Part shown: positions 23,724 to 34,599 of the stretch, piece after piece | Layout: every line of letters begins with the position of its first letter | Numbering within the stretch: position 1 is the stretch's first letter | Source: Squalus acanthias | Lineage: Eukaryota | NCBI GenBank assembly: GCA_030390025.1 | Contig: CM059432.1 | Span: 110,486,001 to 110,550,000, forward strand | Direction of reading: 5' to 3' | Length of the DNA stretch: 64,000 bases | Made by a program: the position numbers and the translations under genes | Notes under the pieces: model-generated | Told to the model about the DNA's origin: nothing | Database searches by the model: none | What the model saw: only the letters and a program-made list of their open reading frames with translations

Positions 23724-24494
23724 TTAGTTTAAAGCCCTCTCTACAGCCCTAGTTATTCGATTCGCCAGGACACTAGTCCCAGCACTGGCCAAGTGAAGTC
23801 CGTCCCAACGGAACAGCTCTCTCCTGCCCCAGTACTGGTGCCAGTGTCCCAAGAAGCAAAACCCATTTTTCCCACACCAGTCTTTGAGCCACGCATTCAA
23901 CTCCCTGATTTTATTTACCCTAGCCAAATTTGCTCGTGGCTCAGGTAGTAATCCAGAGATTATTACCCTCGAGGTTCTGCTTTTTAATTTGGCCCCTAGC
24001 TGCTCAAACTCCCTCAGCAGAACCTCTTTCCTTGTCCTATCTATGTCATTGGTACCAACATGGACCACGACAACTGGATCCTCCCCCTCCCACTCCAAGT
24101 TTCTCTCCAGCCCAGAGGAGATGTCCTTAACCCTGGCACCGGGCAGGCAACACAGCCTTCGGGACTCTCGCTCTTGGCTGCAAAGAACCCTATCTATCCC
24201 CCTAATGATACTATCCCCTACCACTACAACATTTCTTTTTACTCCCCCCACTTGAATGGCCCCCCTTACCACGGTGCTGTGGCCAGGTTGCTCATCCTCC
24301 CTGCAGTCCCCGCTCCTATCCACACAGGGAGTAAGAGCCTCGAACCTGTTGGACAAGAGCAAGGGCTGCGGCTCCTCCAACACTACCTCCTGGATCCCTG
24401 TACCTGCCTCACTTGTAGTCACACCTTCCTGTCCCTGACCACGGGCTACTTCTGAATTAGTTACTCTAATTGGTGTGACTACCTCCTGAAACAC
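23724..24494 (-). CDS. CR1 ORF1p, SGNH/GDSL esterase domain (5' part missing)
   Basis: VVVGDSII, VHVGTNDI and WDGLHL motifs intact in an open 256-aa frame. Confidence 0.9.
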   Translation of the reverse strand: MFQEVVTPIRVTNSEVARGQGQEGVTTSEAGTGIQEVVLEEPQPLLLSNRFEALTPCVDRSGDCREDEQPGHSTVVRGAIQVGGVKRNVVVVGDSIIRGIDRVLCSQERESRRLCCLPGARVKDISSGLERNLEWEGEDPVVVVHVGTNDIDRTRKEVLLREFEQLGAKLKSRTSRVIISGLLPEPRANLARVNKIRELNAWLKDWCGKNGFCFLGHWHQYWGRRELFRWDGLHLASAGTSVLANRITRAVERALN

Positions 24495-24934
24495 GGAGTC
24501 CAGGTAACTCTCCCCATCCCTGATGTGTCTCAGTGTTTGAAGCTCGGTCTCCAGCTCATCAACCTTATTATGTTGTGATTGTTATTGCCTCGATGCTCCC
24601 CTACACTTACTTCACTGGTTCATTTCCCATTACTAGATCCAGCAGTGATTCCCCTCTTGTGGGGCTTCTTACATGCTGGGTAAAAAAGGAGTCCTGTGTA
24701 CACATTGTAAAAACTCAATTCTCCTTTCCCCTTTAGTACATAATTTTGCCAGTTTATTTGGGAGTAGTTGAAACCTCCCATGATTATTATTCTATGTCTT
24801 TTACTAATTTCATAGATTTGCCGACAGATTTCTCCCACCACTTTCCTTCCACTATTCACTAGTCAGTAGTATACCCCTATTTGCATGATTGATCCCTTAT
24901 CGTTTATCTCAATCCATCTGGATTCTGCTTCTAT

Positions 24935-25372
24935 CTTCTCTTCTTCTTAGGCAGTCCCTGGGAACTGAGGATGACTTGCTTCCACATTAAAAATGAGTTC
25001 TCAGGTGACTGATGAGTCCAATGCGGGACCTACAGTCTCTGTCACAGGTGGGGCAGACGGTGGTTGAAGGAGCAGGTGGGTGGGGTGCTTGGGTTGACGT
25101 GCGCTCCTTGCGCTGCCTGCGCTTGACTTCCGCTTGCTCCCGGCGAAGAGACTCGAGGTGTTCGCCGCCTTCCCGGATGCTTCTCCTCCACTTGTGCGGT
25201 CTTGGGCCAGGGATTCCCAGGTGTCGGTGGGGATGTTACACTTTTTCAAGGAGGCTTTGAGGGTATCCTTGAAGCATTTCCTCTACCCACCTGGGGCTCT
25301 CTTGCCGTGCCGGAGCTCCGAGTAGAGCGCTTGTTTTGGGAGTCTCGTATCGGGCATGCGGACAATGTGACC
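24935..25372 (-). mobile_element. RTE-clade LINE 3' fragment
   Basis: IVRMPDTRLPKQALYSELRHGKRAPGG..FKDTLKASLKKCNI..WESLAQDR; (AAG)n tail at ~24935. Confidence 0.85.
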
Positions 25373-25679
25373 CGTCCATCTATCTTAATGTTAGTTATAT
25401 ACATTTTTCTATTGCCATTCTGTTATCTCTAATTAGCACAGCTACCCTACCACCCCTTCTTCCACTTATCATGTGATGGCTCAAATTATCGTATCCCAAA
25501 TGTTCTTTTCTGAAAGAAATCTATCTAATTTGTATTTCTGAGTGTCGATATAGCTTTGCATCCTGAAAATGATTGCCTTCCGACACTAACAGGAGTGTGG
25601 ATGGCAAGACTGGCACAGAAATATTGCCAAGACAAATAAAAAGTTTTATAACCTATAGGAACAATTTACTGCCTGCTGG

Positions 25680-26873
25680 AGTAAGCCTGACATCGGTAGT
25701 GGGGAAAATGCTAGAGTCCATTATAAAGGATGTAATAGCTGAGCACTTGAAAAACAGTGACAGGATCGGACAAAGTCAACATGGATTTACAAAAGGTAAA
25801 TCGTGCTTGACTAATCTACTGGAATTTTTTGAGGATGTAACTGGGAAAATAGATAAGGGAGAACCAGTAGATGTGGTGTATTTGGACTTTCAAAAGGCTT
25901 TCGATAAGGTCCCGCATAAGAGATTAGCGTGTAAAGTTAAGGCACATGGGATTGGGGGCAAGGTATTGACTTGGATAGAGAACTGGGTGGCGGACAGAAA
26001 GCAGAGAGTAGGAATTAATGGGTCTTTTTCCGAGTGGCAGGCAGTGACTAGTGGGGTACCGCAGGGTTCGGTCCTTGGACCCCAGCTATTCACAATATAC
26101 ATTCATGATCTAGATAAGGGAAATAAATGTAATATCTCCAAGTTTGCAGATGACACAAAGCTGGGTGGGCGTGTGTGCTCCGAGGAGGATACTGAGAAAC
26201 TCCAGGATGATTTGGACAGGTTGGGTGAGTGGGCAGAAGCGTGGCAGATGCAATATAACGGGGATAAATGCGAGGTTATCCACTTTGGTGTCAAAAACAG
26301 AAAGGCAGACTATTATCTGAATGGCAATAGATTGGGAGAAGGGGAAGTGCAGCGAGACCTGGGTGTCTTTGTGCACCAGTCGCTGAAGGTAAGCATGCAG
26401 GTGCAGCAGGCGGTGAAGAAGGCAAATGGTATGTTGGCCTTCATAGCGAAAGGGTTTGAGTATAGGAACAGGGATGTCCTGCTGCAGTTGTACAGGGCCT
26501 TGGTGAGACCACACCTTGAGTACTGTGTGCAGTTTTGGTCGCCTTATCTGAGGAAGGATGTTCTTGCCATGGAAGGAGTTCAGCGAAGATTCACAAGGCT
26601 GATACCTGGGATGGCAGGAATGACATATGAGGAGAGATTGGGTCGATTGGGCTTATACTCGCTGGAGTATAGAAGAATGAGAGGGGATCTCATCGAAACA
26701 TATAAAATTCTGACAGGTCTGGACAAACTAGATGCAGGAAGAATGTTCCCGATGGTCGGAGAGTCCAGAACCAGGGGTCATAATCTAAGGATAAGGGGTA
26801 AGCCATTTAGGACAGAAATGAGGAAGAATTTCTTCACCCAGAGAGTGGTGAACCTGTGGAATTCTCTACCACA
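25680..26873 (+). mobile_element. CR1 RT fragment, open frame, lacking its own 3' end
   Basis: VSLTSVVGK...FADD...RVVNLWNSLPQ, then an abrupt switch to SINE sequence. Confidence 0.95.
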
Positions 26874-27298
26874 ACACGGTGGCATAGTGGTTAGCACTGG
26901 TGCCTCACAGCGCCAGGGACCCGGGTTCAAATCTGACCTCGGGTGACTGTCTGTGTGGAGTTTGCACATTCTCCCCGTGTCTGCGTGGGTTTCCTCCGGG
27001 TGCTCCGGTTTCCTCCCACAGTCCAAAAAATGTGCGGGTTAGGTTGATTTGGCTATGATAAATTGACCCTTAGTGTTAGGGGGGTATTAAATATGTGGGG
27101 TTATGGGGATAGGATGGGATATGTTAGGGGGAATTAAATACGTGGGGTTACGGGGGTAGGGTGGGATATGTGTACTGTGGGGATTAAAGCAGGGACAGGG
27201 TACTGGATTTGGATGATCAGCCATGATCGTATTGAATGGTGGAGCAGGCTCGACGGGCCGAATGGCCTACTCCTGCTCCTAGATTCTATGTTTCTATG
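26874..27298 (+). mobile_element. V-SINE (HE1-like), near full length
   Basis: tRNA-like A box TGGCATAGTGG and B box GGTTCAAATC; V-domain TGTGTGGAGTTTGCACATTCTCCCCGTGTCTGCGTGGGTTTCCTCCGGGTGCTCCGGTTTCCTCCC; CR1-type stem-loop and (TTTCTATG) tail. Confidence 0.92.
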
Positions 27299-27744
27299 AC
27301 TCCACAGCTTCATTGTTCCCTTTCTGGGCCTCCGAGGTTGGGGTCATGGCAGGACCATAAATTACTTTATTAGCAGTGTCCTCTTAGACATTAGTTACTT
27401 GCCCTAAATGGCTGCAGCAGGAATAAATTATATTAATGTCGTAAATTCAGCAACTTCACGATCGGCAATGATTACAATGCGGAGCCTCGTGGTGAGAAGG
27501 TTCTTTTATCGGCTCTGAGGCTGACAGCGGCAATTGTCCAGCAATTTACGGAGAATCGGAATTCATGACGTATCACTTTTACACCACCAATTGCTGGATT
27601 TTTTATGAATTAATGATGGCAAGTCCCAGTAATGCATCATTATAATCCCTGCAATTTTTGACCCACTAATATGTGACCTTGAAACATGATCCAGGCTGTC
27701 ATTCCATGAGGGTGTTAGGGAGAAAGTTTACAATCTTCTCACCT

Positions 27745-28216
27745 CCCCTCCTGAAGGTAGAAACACAGATTTTGGTACTTCTCCTGTAACTCATCTAGAT
27801 GATCATTCTTCATGTAAGCCTATACACTGGGGTGTGGGGTGAAATTCATCTTCTCCAGTCGCGCAAAACGAGGTCAAAGGTTCCCTCGCCTGATTTTCTT
27901 TCCCATTGAAGTGAATCGGGTTGCCGATTCGCTATGAGCCCGTTTCAGGAGATTGGCAAAGAGCAATGTCACCCCAAGTCTCAATCCTGTCTCTCCAGAG
28001 GTGACATATTTACCAACATGAGTCGCTAGTAGCGATCAAGAAAGTGAGCCCTGGGTATTTTTTCTCCTCCGTAACCCAGGGATGCTGATGGCAATTGTTG
28101 CATTCCAGTGCCACAGCGGTTGATATCAATTGACTCATTACAGGCCATGATCTAACCTGATAAGTTCCTGATAAGAACTCAATGCCACATCATGTGGTGC
28201 ATTTACCGACTGAGCT
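27745..28216 (-). mobile_element. Old tRNA-derived SINE
   Basis: Reverse head TAGCTCAGTCGGTAAATGCA; body homologous to ~43810-43882 plus 45692-45965. Confidence 0.55.
27836..27975. mobile_element. Small Harbinger-like MITE (140 bp) inside the SINE
   Basis: TIR GGGGTGAAATT / AATGTCACCCC; no TSD evident. Confidence 0.5.
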
Positions 28217-28686
28217 ATTGCAGGAGCTCCCCTGCTTCCGTATGTTATGTTGTGAACAAGAGGTACCAACGCACAGATCGAGAATAAGCTCCTGCCATCA
28301 GATCATGTGATTTGGCTTAATGTCATTGCTTTGTACAGGGAAATAACATAATCTCAATATATTGTACTGATTTAGTAATGGCTATTAGTTATCTTTGCCA
28401 ATAAGCATCATTTTTTATCATGTGTAATAGCACAGGGTCAGAAGAGTCCAACTATTGCAAATGGGCAGTTTGTGTGAGAAGTGGAATGATATATTGCAGC
28501 AGCAGTTGAGTACATTACATTACTTTCTGATAAGTAGACATACAGGTAATGATCACTATATCAGTGGGAACAATCACTTAAAGGAAACGTTTTCTCAGGC
28601 AATAATTCATTCCCCATAAATTTACCAGTAATATAATATAATCAACTGGAAAAACACTCCCAACAGATCATGGATTCAAGGGACAT

Positions 28687-28785
28687 GAGCTGACACTTCA
28701 GTGCAGTACTGAGGGAGTGCTGCACTATTGGATGTACTGTCTTTCACATGAAATGTAAACTGAGGCCCCATCTACACTCTCTGGT
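28687..28785 (+). mobile_element. Deu-domain SINE fragment
   Basis: GCTGACACTTCAGTGCAGTACTGAGGGAGTGCTGCACT...AAACTGAGGCCCC. Confidence 0.7.
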
Positions 28786-28941
28786 TAGGGTTCCCAACCC
28801 TCCCGGCTTCAGCGGAAGTCTAGTGAAATCGATGATTCATTTTCCGAGTTCTGATGTTGCTAACTCGGGAGAAAAGTTTGTTGGAACGCCAAATCGCTGA
28901 TTGCCCTCAGCACTTCTCGCCACACTCCTGGAGATTGTATT
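28786..28941. mobile_element. Possible left end of a hAT-like MITE
   Basis: Begins TAGGGTTCCCAACCCTCC, resembling TAGGGTTGCCAAC-type termini. No matching right end found nearby. Confidence 0.3.
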
Positions 28942-29684
28942 GGCCCAAAAATTAGTGCCTCTACGCGAGAGTACGCACTGTGTACTCTCGCGTATTCTGT
29001 CTCCAATTGCCGGTTTTCTGCATGCACTGCGCATGCGCTGAAAACCGGCACTTGGTGATTTCAAAAGGGGGCGGTTCCTAGGTGAACTGCGTGCGCGCTA
29101 CAGGCTGCGCGCACGCAGTGCACTTAGTGCTTTGAACGCGCAGGTAAGCATGGAAGATTTTGCACATAAAGAAAGGAGGCGTAAGACCCTCTTTTAACAA
29201 GGTAAGTAGTTAATTAAGTATTATTTTGAATTTTTTTCAACAGGTATATCTTTTTTAGAGACTTTAAAGAAAGGTAAGTTTATTTTTATAACTTTTTAAA
29301 AGATTTTAAATTTTTTCAAAAATTTTATTTTTTGTTTAAAGTGGTTAATTTATTTAACTATACTTATTTTATTAATGTGATGGTTTTTTAAAAATTTAAT
29401 TGAGGTTTAGCTGTTCTTTTGGGGGGGTATAGATTCATAGCTTTCACAGCACTTGATTGTGAAAACTATGAATGAAAGATGGTGTGCTGCCATTGGCTCT
29501 AACTGAATCACGTGATCCCACAGCTCGCACGAATTAACTGCGCCTGTGGGATACGCAAGCACTGCCCAGCTGCTGTCCAGAACATCAAGTTCGTGCGAGC
29601 TGGGAATGAAAAAGCCGGCGTGCAGTGAGATATCGCGGGGAAGCCTTACCCCCGCACGAAGGCTCCCTCACTAATTTTTGGGCC
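28942..29684 (+). mobile_element. Harbinger-type MITE family A, copy 4 (divergent subfamily, 743 bp)
   Basis: Perfect 16-bp TIR GGCCCAAAAATTAGTG / CACTAATTTTTGGGCC; flanks ATT/AAT. Confidence 0.9.
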
Positions 29685-29839
29685 AATATTGTACTGCTGC
29701 CTGGGTGAGCCGAGTGGGCATGGTCAACAGCAGTTACAGCATGTGGTGGATCAGAGGAGCACGGACTGGGGCATGGTCTTCCTGAGTGCTGTCTCTAGCA
29801 GCCCGAGGGGAGGTCAAGAGTTTTTTGAGGAAGGAGAGC

Positions 29840-32800
29840 GAGAGACTGGGGAATGGAGACTGGGGCGGGGTGGTGAGGTTGGGAATGGGGCTTGGGGGAG
29901 AGAGGAAGCCTGCGGTATGGGGGATCGGGAGAAACGAAGGAGACTAGAGAATGGGGGCTCGGGGTGGAGAGAGAGACTGGGGAATGGGGACGCGGGGTGG
30001 AGAGCGAGACTGGGGAATGGGGGCTCGGGGAGAGAGAGGGAGACTGGGGAATGGGGGCTTGGGGTGGAGAGAGGGAGACTGGGGAATGGGGGCTCGGGGA
30101 GAGGGAGACTGGGGAATGGGGGCTCGGGGAGAGGGAGACTGGGGAATGGGGGCTCAGGGTGGAGAGAGAGACTGGGGAATGGGGGCTCGGGGAGAGGGAG
30201 ACTGGGCAATAGGAGCGAGGGAGATTGGGGAATGGGGGCTCGGGGGAAAGAGGGAGACTGGGAAATGGGGGCTCGGGGGAAGAGGGAGACTGGGAAATGG
30301 GGGCTCGGGGGGAGAGAGGGAGACTGGGGAATGGGGGCTCGAGGGAGAGGGAGACTGGGGAATGGGGGCTCGAGGGAGAGAGGGAGACTGGGGAATGGGG
30401 GCTCAGGGTGGAGATGGAGACTGGGGAATGGGGGCTTGGGGAGAGAGGGAGACTGGGGAATGAGGGCTCAGGGGGAAAGACGTGGACTTGGGAATGGGGG
30501 TTCAGGGGAGAGGAAGACTGGGGAATGCATCAGAGGTGCACAGACTGGGGCATGGTCTTCCTGAGCGCTGCCTCTAGCAGCCTGGGGGGTGAGGGGGTGG
30601 GACATCAAGAGTTTTTGAGGAGGGAGAGCGAGAGACTGGGGAATGGGGACTGAGGGGGGGCGTGAGACCGATGACTAGATGCTTCAGGGAGACAGGGAGC
30701 TTGGGGAATGGGGGCTCGGGGGGAATGAAGGAAACTGGGGAATGGGGGCTTGAGGGAGAGGGAGACTGGGGAATGGGGGCTCGTGGAGAGGGGGAGACTG
30801 GGGAATGGGGCTCGGGGAGAGGGGGAGACTGGGGAATGGGGCTCGGGGAGAGGGGGAGACTGGGGAATGGGGGATCGGGGAGAGGGGGAGACTGGGGAAT
30901 GGGGGCTCGGGGAGAGGGGGAGACTGGGGAATGGGGGCTCGGGGAGAGGGGGAGACTGGGGAATGGGGGCTCGGGGAGAGGGGGAGACTGGGGAATGGGG
31001 GCTTGGGGGAGAGGGAGACTGGGGAATGGGGGCTCGGGGGGAGAGAGGGCGACTGGGGAATGGGGGCTCGGGGGGAGAGAGGGCGACTGGGGAATGGGGG
31101 CTTGGGGGGGAAGAGAGGGAGACTGGGGAATGGGGGCTCGGGGAGAGATGGAGACTGGGAAATGGGGACTCGGGGAGTGAGGGAGACTGGGGAATGGGGG
31201 CTCGAGGGAGAGTGAGACTGGGGAATGGGGGCTCGGGGAGAGATGGAGACTGGGAAATGGGGACTCGGGGGGAGAGAGGGAGACTGGGGAATGGGGGCTC
31301 GGGGAGAGAGGGAGACTGGGGAATGGGGACTTGGGGGGGAAGAGAGGGAGACTAAGGAATGGGGGCTCGGGGAGAGATGGAGACTGGGAAATGGGGACTC
31401 GGGGAGTGAGGGAGACTGGGGAATGGGGGCTCGGGGAGAGAGGGAGACTGGGGAATGGGGGCTCGGGGAGAGAGGGAGACTGGGGAATGGGGGCTCAGCG
31501 GGGAGAGGGAGACTGGGGAATGGGGCTGGGGGAGAGGGAGACTGGGGAATGGGGGCTCGGGGGGAGAGAGGGAGACTGGGGAATGGGGGCTCAGCGGGGG
31601 GAGGGAGACTGGGGAATGGGGGCTCGGGGGGAGAGAGGGAGACTGGGGAATGGGGGCTTGGCGGGGGGAGAGGGAGACTGGGGAATGGGGGCTCAGGGGA
31701 GAGGGAGACTGGGGAATGGGGGCTCGGGGCTCGGGAGACTGGGAATGGGGGCTCTCGGGCTCGGGAGTCTGGGGAGTGGGGGCTCGGGGGAGAGAGAGAC
31801 TGGGGAATGGGGGCTCAGGGGAGAGGGAGACTGGGGAATGGGGGCTCGGGGAGAGAGACTGGGGAATGGGGGCTCGGGGGAGAGAGACTGGGGAATGGGG
31901 GCTCGGGGGAGAGAGACTGGGGAATGGGGCTCGGGGAGAGAGAGACTGGGGAATGGGGGCTCGGGGGGAATGAAGGAAACTGGGGAATGGGGGCTTGAGG
32001 GAGAGGGAGACTGGGGAATGGGGGCTTGGGGGGAGAGGGAGACTGGGGAATGGGGGCTCGGGGAGAGGGGGAGACTGGGGAATGGGGCTCGGGGAGAGGG
32101 GGAGACTGGGGAATGGGGATCGGGGAGAGGGGGAGACTGGGGAATGGGGGCTCGGGGAGACTGGGGAATGGGGGCTCGGGGAGAGGGGGAGACTGGGGAA
32201 TGGGGGCTCGGGGAGAGGGGGAGACTGGGGAATGGGGGCTCGGGGAGAGGGGGAGACTGGGGAATGGGGGCTCGGGGAGAGAGGGAGACTGGGGAATGGG
32301 GGCTTGGGGGAGAGGGAGACTGGGGAATGGGGGCTCGGGGGTAGAGAGGGCGACTGGGGAATGGGGGTTTGTGGGGGAAGAGAGGGAGACTGGGGAATGG
32401 GGGCTTGGGGGGAAGAGAGGGAGACTAAGGAATGGGGGCTCGGGGAGAGATGGAGACTGGGAAATGGGGACTCGGGGAGAGAGGGAGACTGGGGAATGGG
32501 GGCTCGGGGAGAGAGGGAGACTGGGGAATGGGGGCTCGGGGGAGTGGGAGACTGGGGAATGGGGGCTTGGGGGGAGAGGGAGACTGGGGAATGGGGGCTC
32601 AGGGGGAGAGAGGGAGACTGGGGAATGGGGGCTCAGCGGGGGGAGGGAGACTGGGGAATGGGGACTCGGGGGGAGAGAGGGAGACTGGGGAATGGGGGCT
32701 TGGCGGGGGGAGAGGGAGACTGGGGAAAGGGGGCTCAGGGGAGAGGGAGACTGGGGAATGGGGGCTCGGGGCTCGGGAGACTGGGAATGGGGGCTCTCGG

Positions 32801-34397
32801 GCTCGGGAGTCTGGGGAGTGGGGGCTCGGGGGAGAGAGAGACTGGGGAATGGGGGCTCGGGGGAGAGGGAGACTGGGGAATGGGGGCTCGGGGAGAGAGA
32901 CTGGGGAATGGGGGCTCGGGGGAGAGAGACTGGGGAATGGGGGCTCGGGGGAGAGAGAGACTGGGGAATGGGGGCTCGGGGAGAGGGAGACTGGGGAATG
33001 GGGGCTCGGGGAGAGGGGGAGACTGGGGAATGGGGGCTCAGGGGAGAGAGACTGGGGAATGGGGGCTCGGGGGAGAGGGAGACTGGGGAATGGGGACTCG
33101 GGGGAGAGAGACTGGGGAATGGGGGCTCGGGGGAGAGAGACTGGGGAATGGGGGCTCGGGGGAGAGAGACTGGGGAATGGGGGCTCGGGGAGAGAGAGAG
33201 ACTGGGGAATGGGGGCTCGGGGGAGAGAGACTGGGGAATGGGGGCTCGGGGGAGAGGGAGACTGGGGAATGGGGACTCGGGGGAGAGAGACTGGGGAATG
33301 GGGGCTCGGGGGAGAGAGACTGGGGAATGGGGGCTTGAGGGAGAGGGAGACTGGGGAATGGGGGCTCGGGGGGAGAGGGAGACTGGGGAATGGGGGCTCG
33401 GGGAGAGGGAGACTGGGGAATGGGGGCTCGGGGAGAGAGGGAGACTGGGGAATGGGGGCTCGGGGAGAGGGAGACTGGGGAATGGGGGCTCGGGGAGAGA
33501 GGGCGACTGGGGAATGGGGGCTCGGGGGGAGAGAGGGCGACTGGGGAATGGGGGCTTGGGGGGGAAGAGAGGGAGACTAAGGAATGGGGGCTCGGGGAGA
33601 GATGGAGACTGGGAAATGGGGACTCGGGGAGTGAGGGAGACTGGGGAATGGGGGCTCGAGGGAGAGTGAGACTGGGGAATGGGGGCTCGGGGAGAGATGG
33701 AGACTGGGAAATGGGGACTCGGGGAGAGAGGGAGACTGGGGAATGGGGGCTCGGGGAGAGAGGGAGACTGGGGAATGGGGGCTCGGGGGGAGTGGGAGAC
33801 TGGGGAATGGGGGCTGGGGGAGAGGGAGACTGGGGAATGGGGGCTCAGGGGGAGAGAGGGAGACTGGGGAATGGGGGCTCAGCGGGGGGAGGGAGACTGG
33901 GGAATGGGGACTCGGGGGGAGAGAGGGAGACTGGGGAATGGGGGCTTGGCGGGGGGAGAGGGAGACTGGGGAATGGGGGCTCAGGGGAGAGGGAGACTGG
34001 GGAATGGGGGCTCGGGGCTCGGGAGACTGGGAATGGGGGCTCTCGGGCTCGGGAGTCTGGGGAGTGGGGGCTCGGGGGAGAGAGAGACTGGGGAATGGGG
34101 GCTCGGGGGAGAGGGAGACTGGGGAATGGGGGCTCGGGGAGAGAGACTGGGGAATGGGGGCTCGGGGGAGAGAGACTGGGGAATGGGGGCTCGGGGGAGA
34201 GAGACTGGGGAATGGGGGCTCGGGGAGAGAGAGAGACTGGGGAATGGGGGCTCAGGGGAGAGAGACTGGGGAATGGGGGCTCGGGGGAGAGGGAGACTGG
34301 GGAATGGGGACTCGGGGGAGAGAGACTGGGGAATGGGGGCTCGGGGGAGAGAGACTGGGGAATGGGGGCTCGGGGGAGAGAGACTGGGGAATGGGGT
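29840..34397 (+). repeat. ~4.5-kb G-rich minisatellite, unit ~30-34 bp (GAGACTGGGGAATGGGGGCTCGGGGAGAGAGG)
   Basis: Seen directly; interrupted at ~30480-30700 by a second copy of its seed segment. Confidence 0.97.
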
Positions 34398-34599
34398 GTT
34401 TCGTGTTCATTATCATGACTCAGGCGTGTAGCCAGTTCTATTCATTGGCTGCACTTCTGTTTTGGGTGCCGGATATCGAGCATCTGTGACACCACTTGAA
34501 GGCAGCCATCACCTCTTCAAGAGGAGGTGCACTCTGTCTGCAGAAGGAAGGAAACACTTCTCAGCACATAAGTGACTGCAGCAAGTACTGGGAGGACAC

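Larger units (their letters stand above)
20492..24567 (-). mobile_element. Young, near full-length CR1 LINE (truncated within 5' ORF1)
   Basis: ORF1 esterase, ORF2 EN+RT and a 3' UTR ending (TTCTTATG)n. Confidence 0.95.
17105..24930 (-). mobile_element. Old CR1 host fragmented by four younger elements
   Basis: Collinear pieces at 17105-18108 (RT), 18808-18930, 20071-20491 and ~24590-24930 (EN: RIIIMGGFNYSQINW). Confidence 0.7.

Noticed and set aside
26874..26945. tRNA gene
   Set aside because: The A/B boxes belong to the V-SINE head; followed by the V-domain and a LINE tail.
29689..34489. Long Gly/Arg/Glu-rich ORFs (up to 547 aa)
   Set aside because: Open in all frames only because the G-rich unit lacks stop codons; no gene structure.
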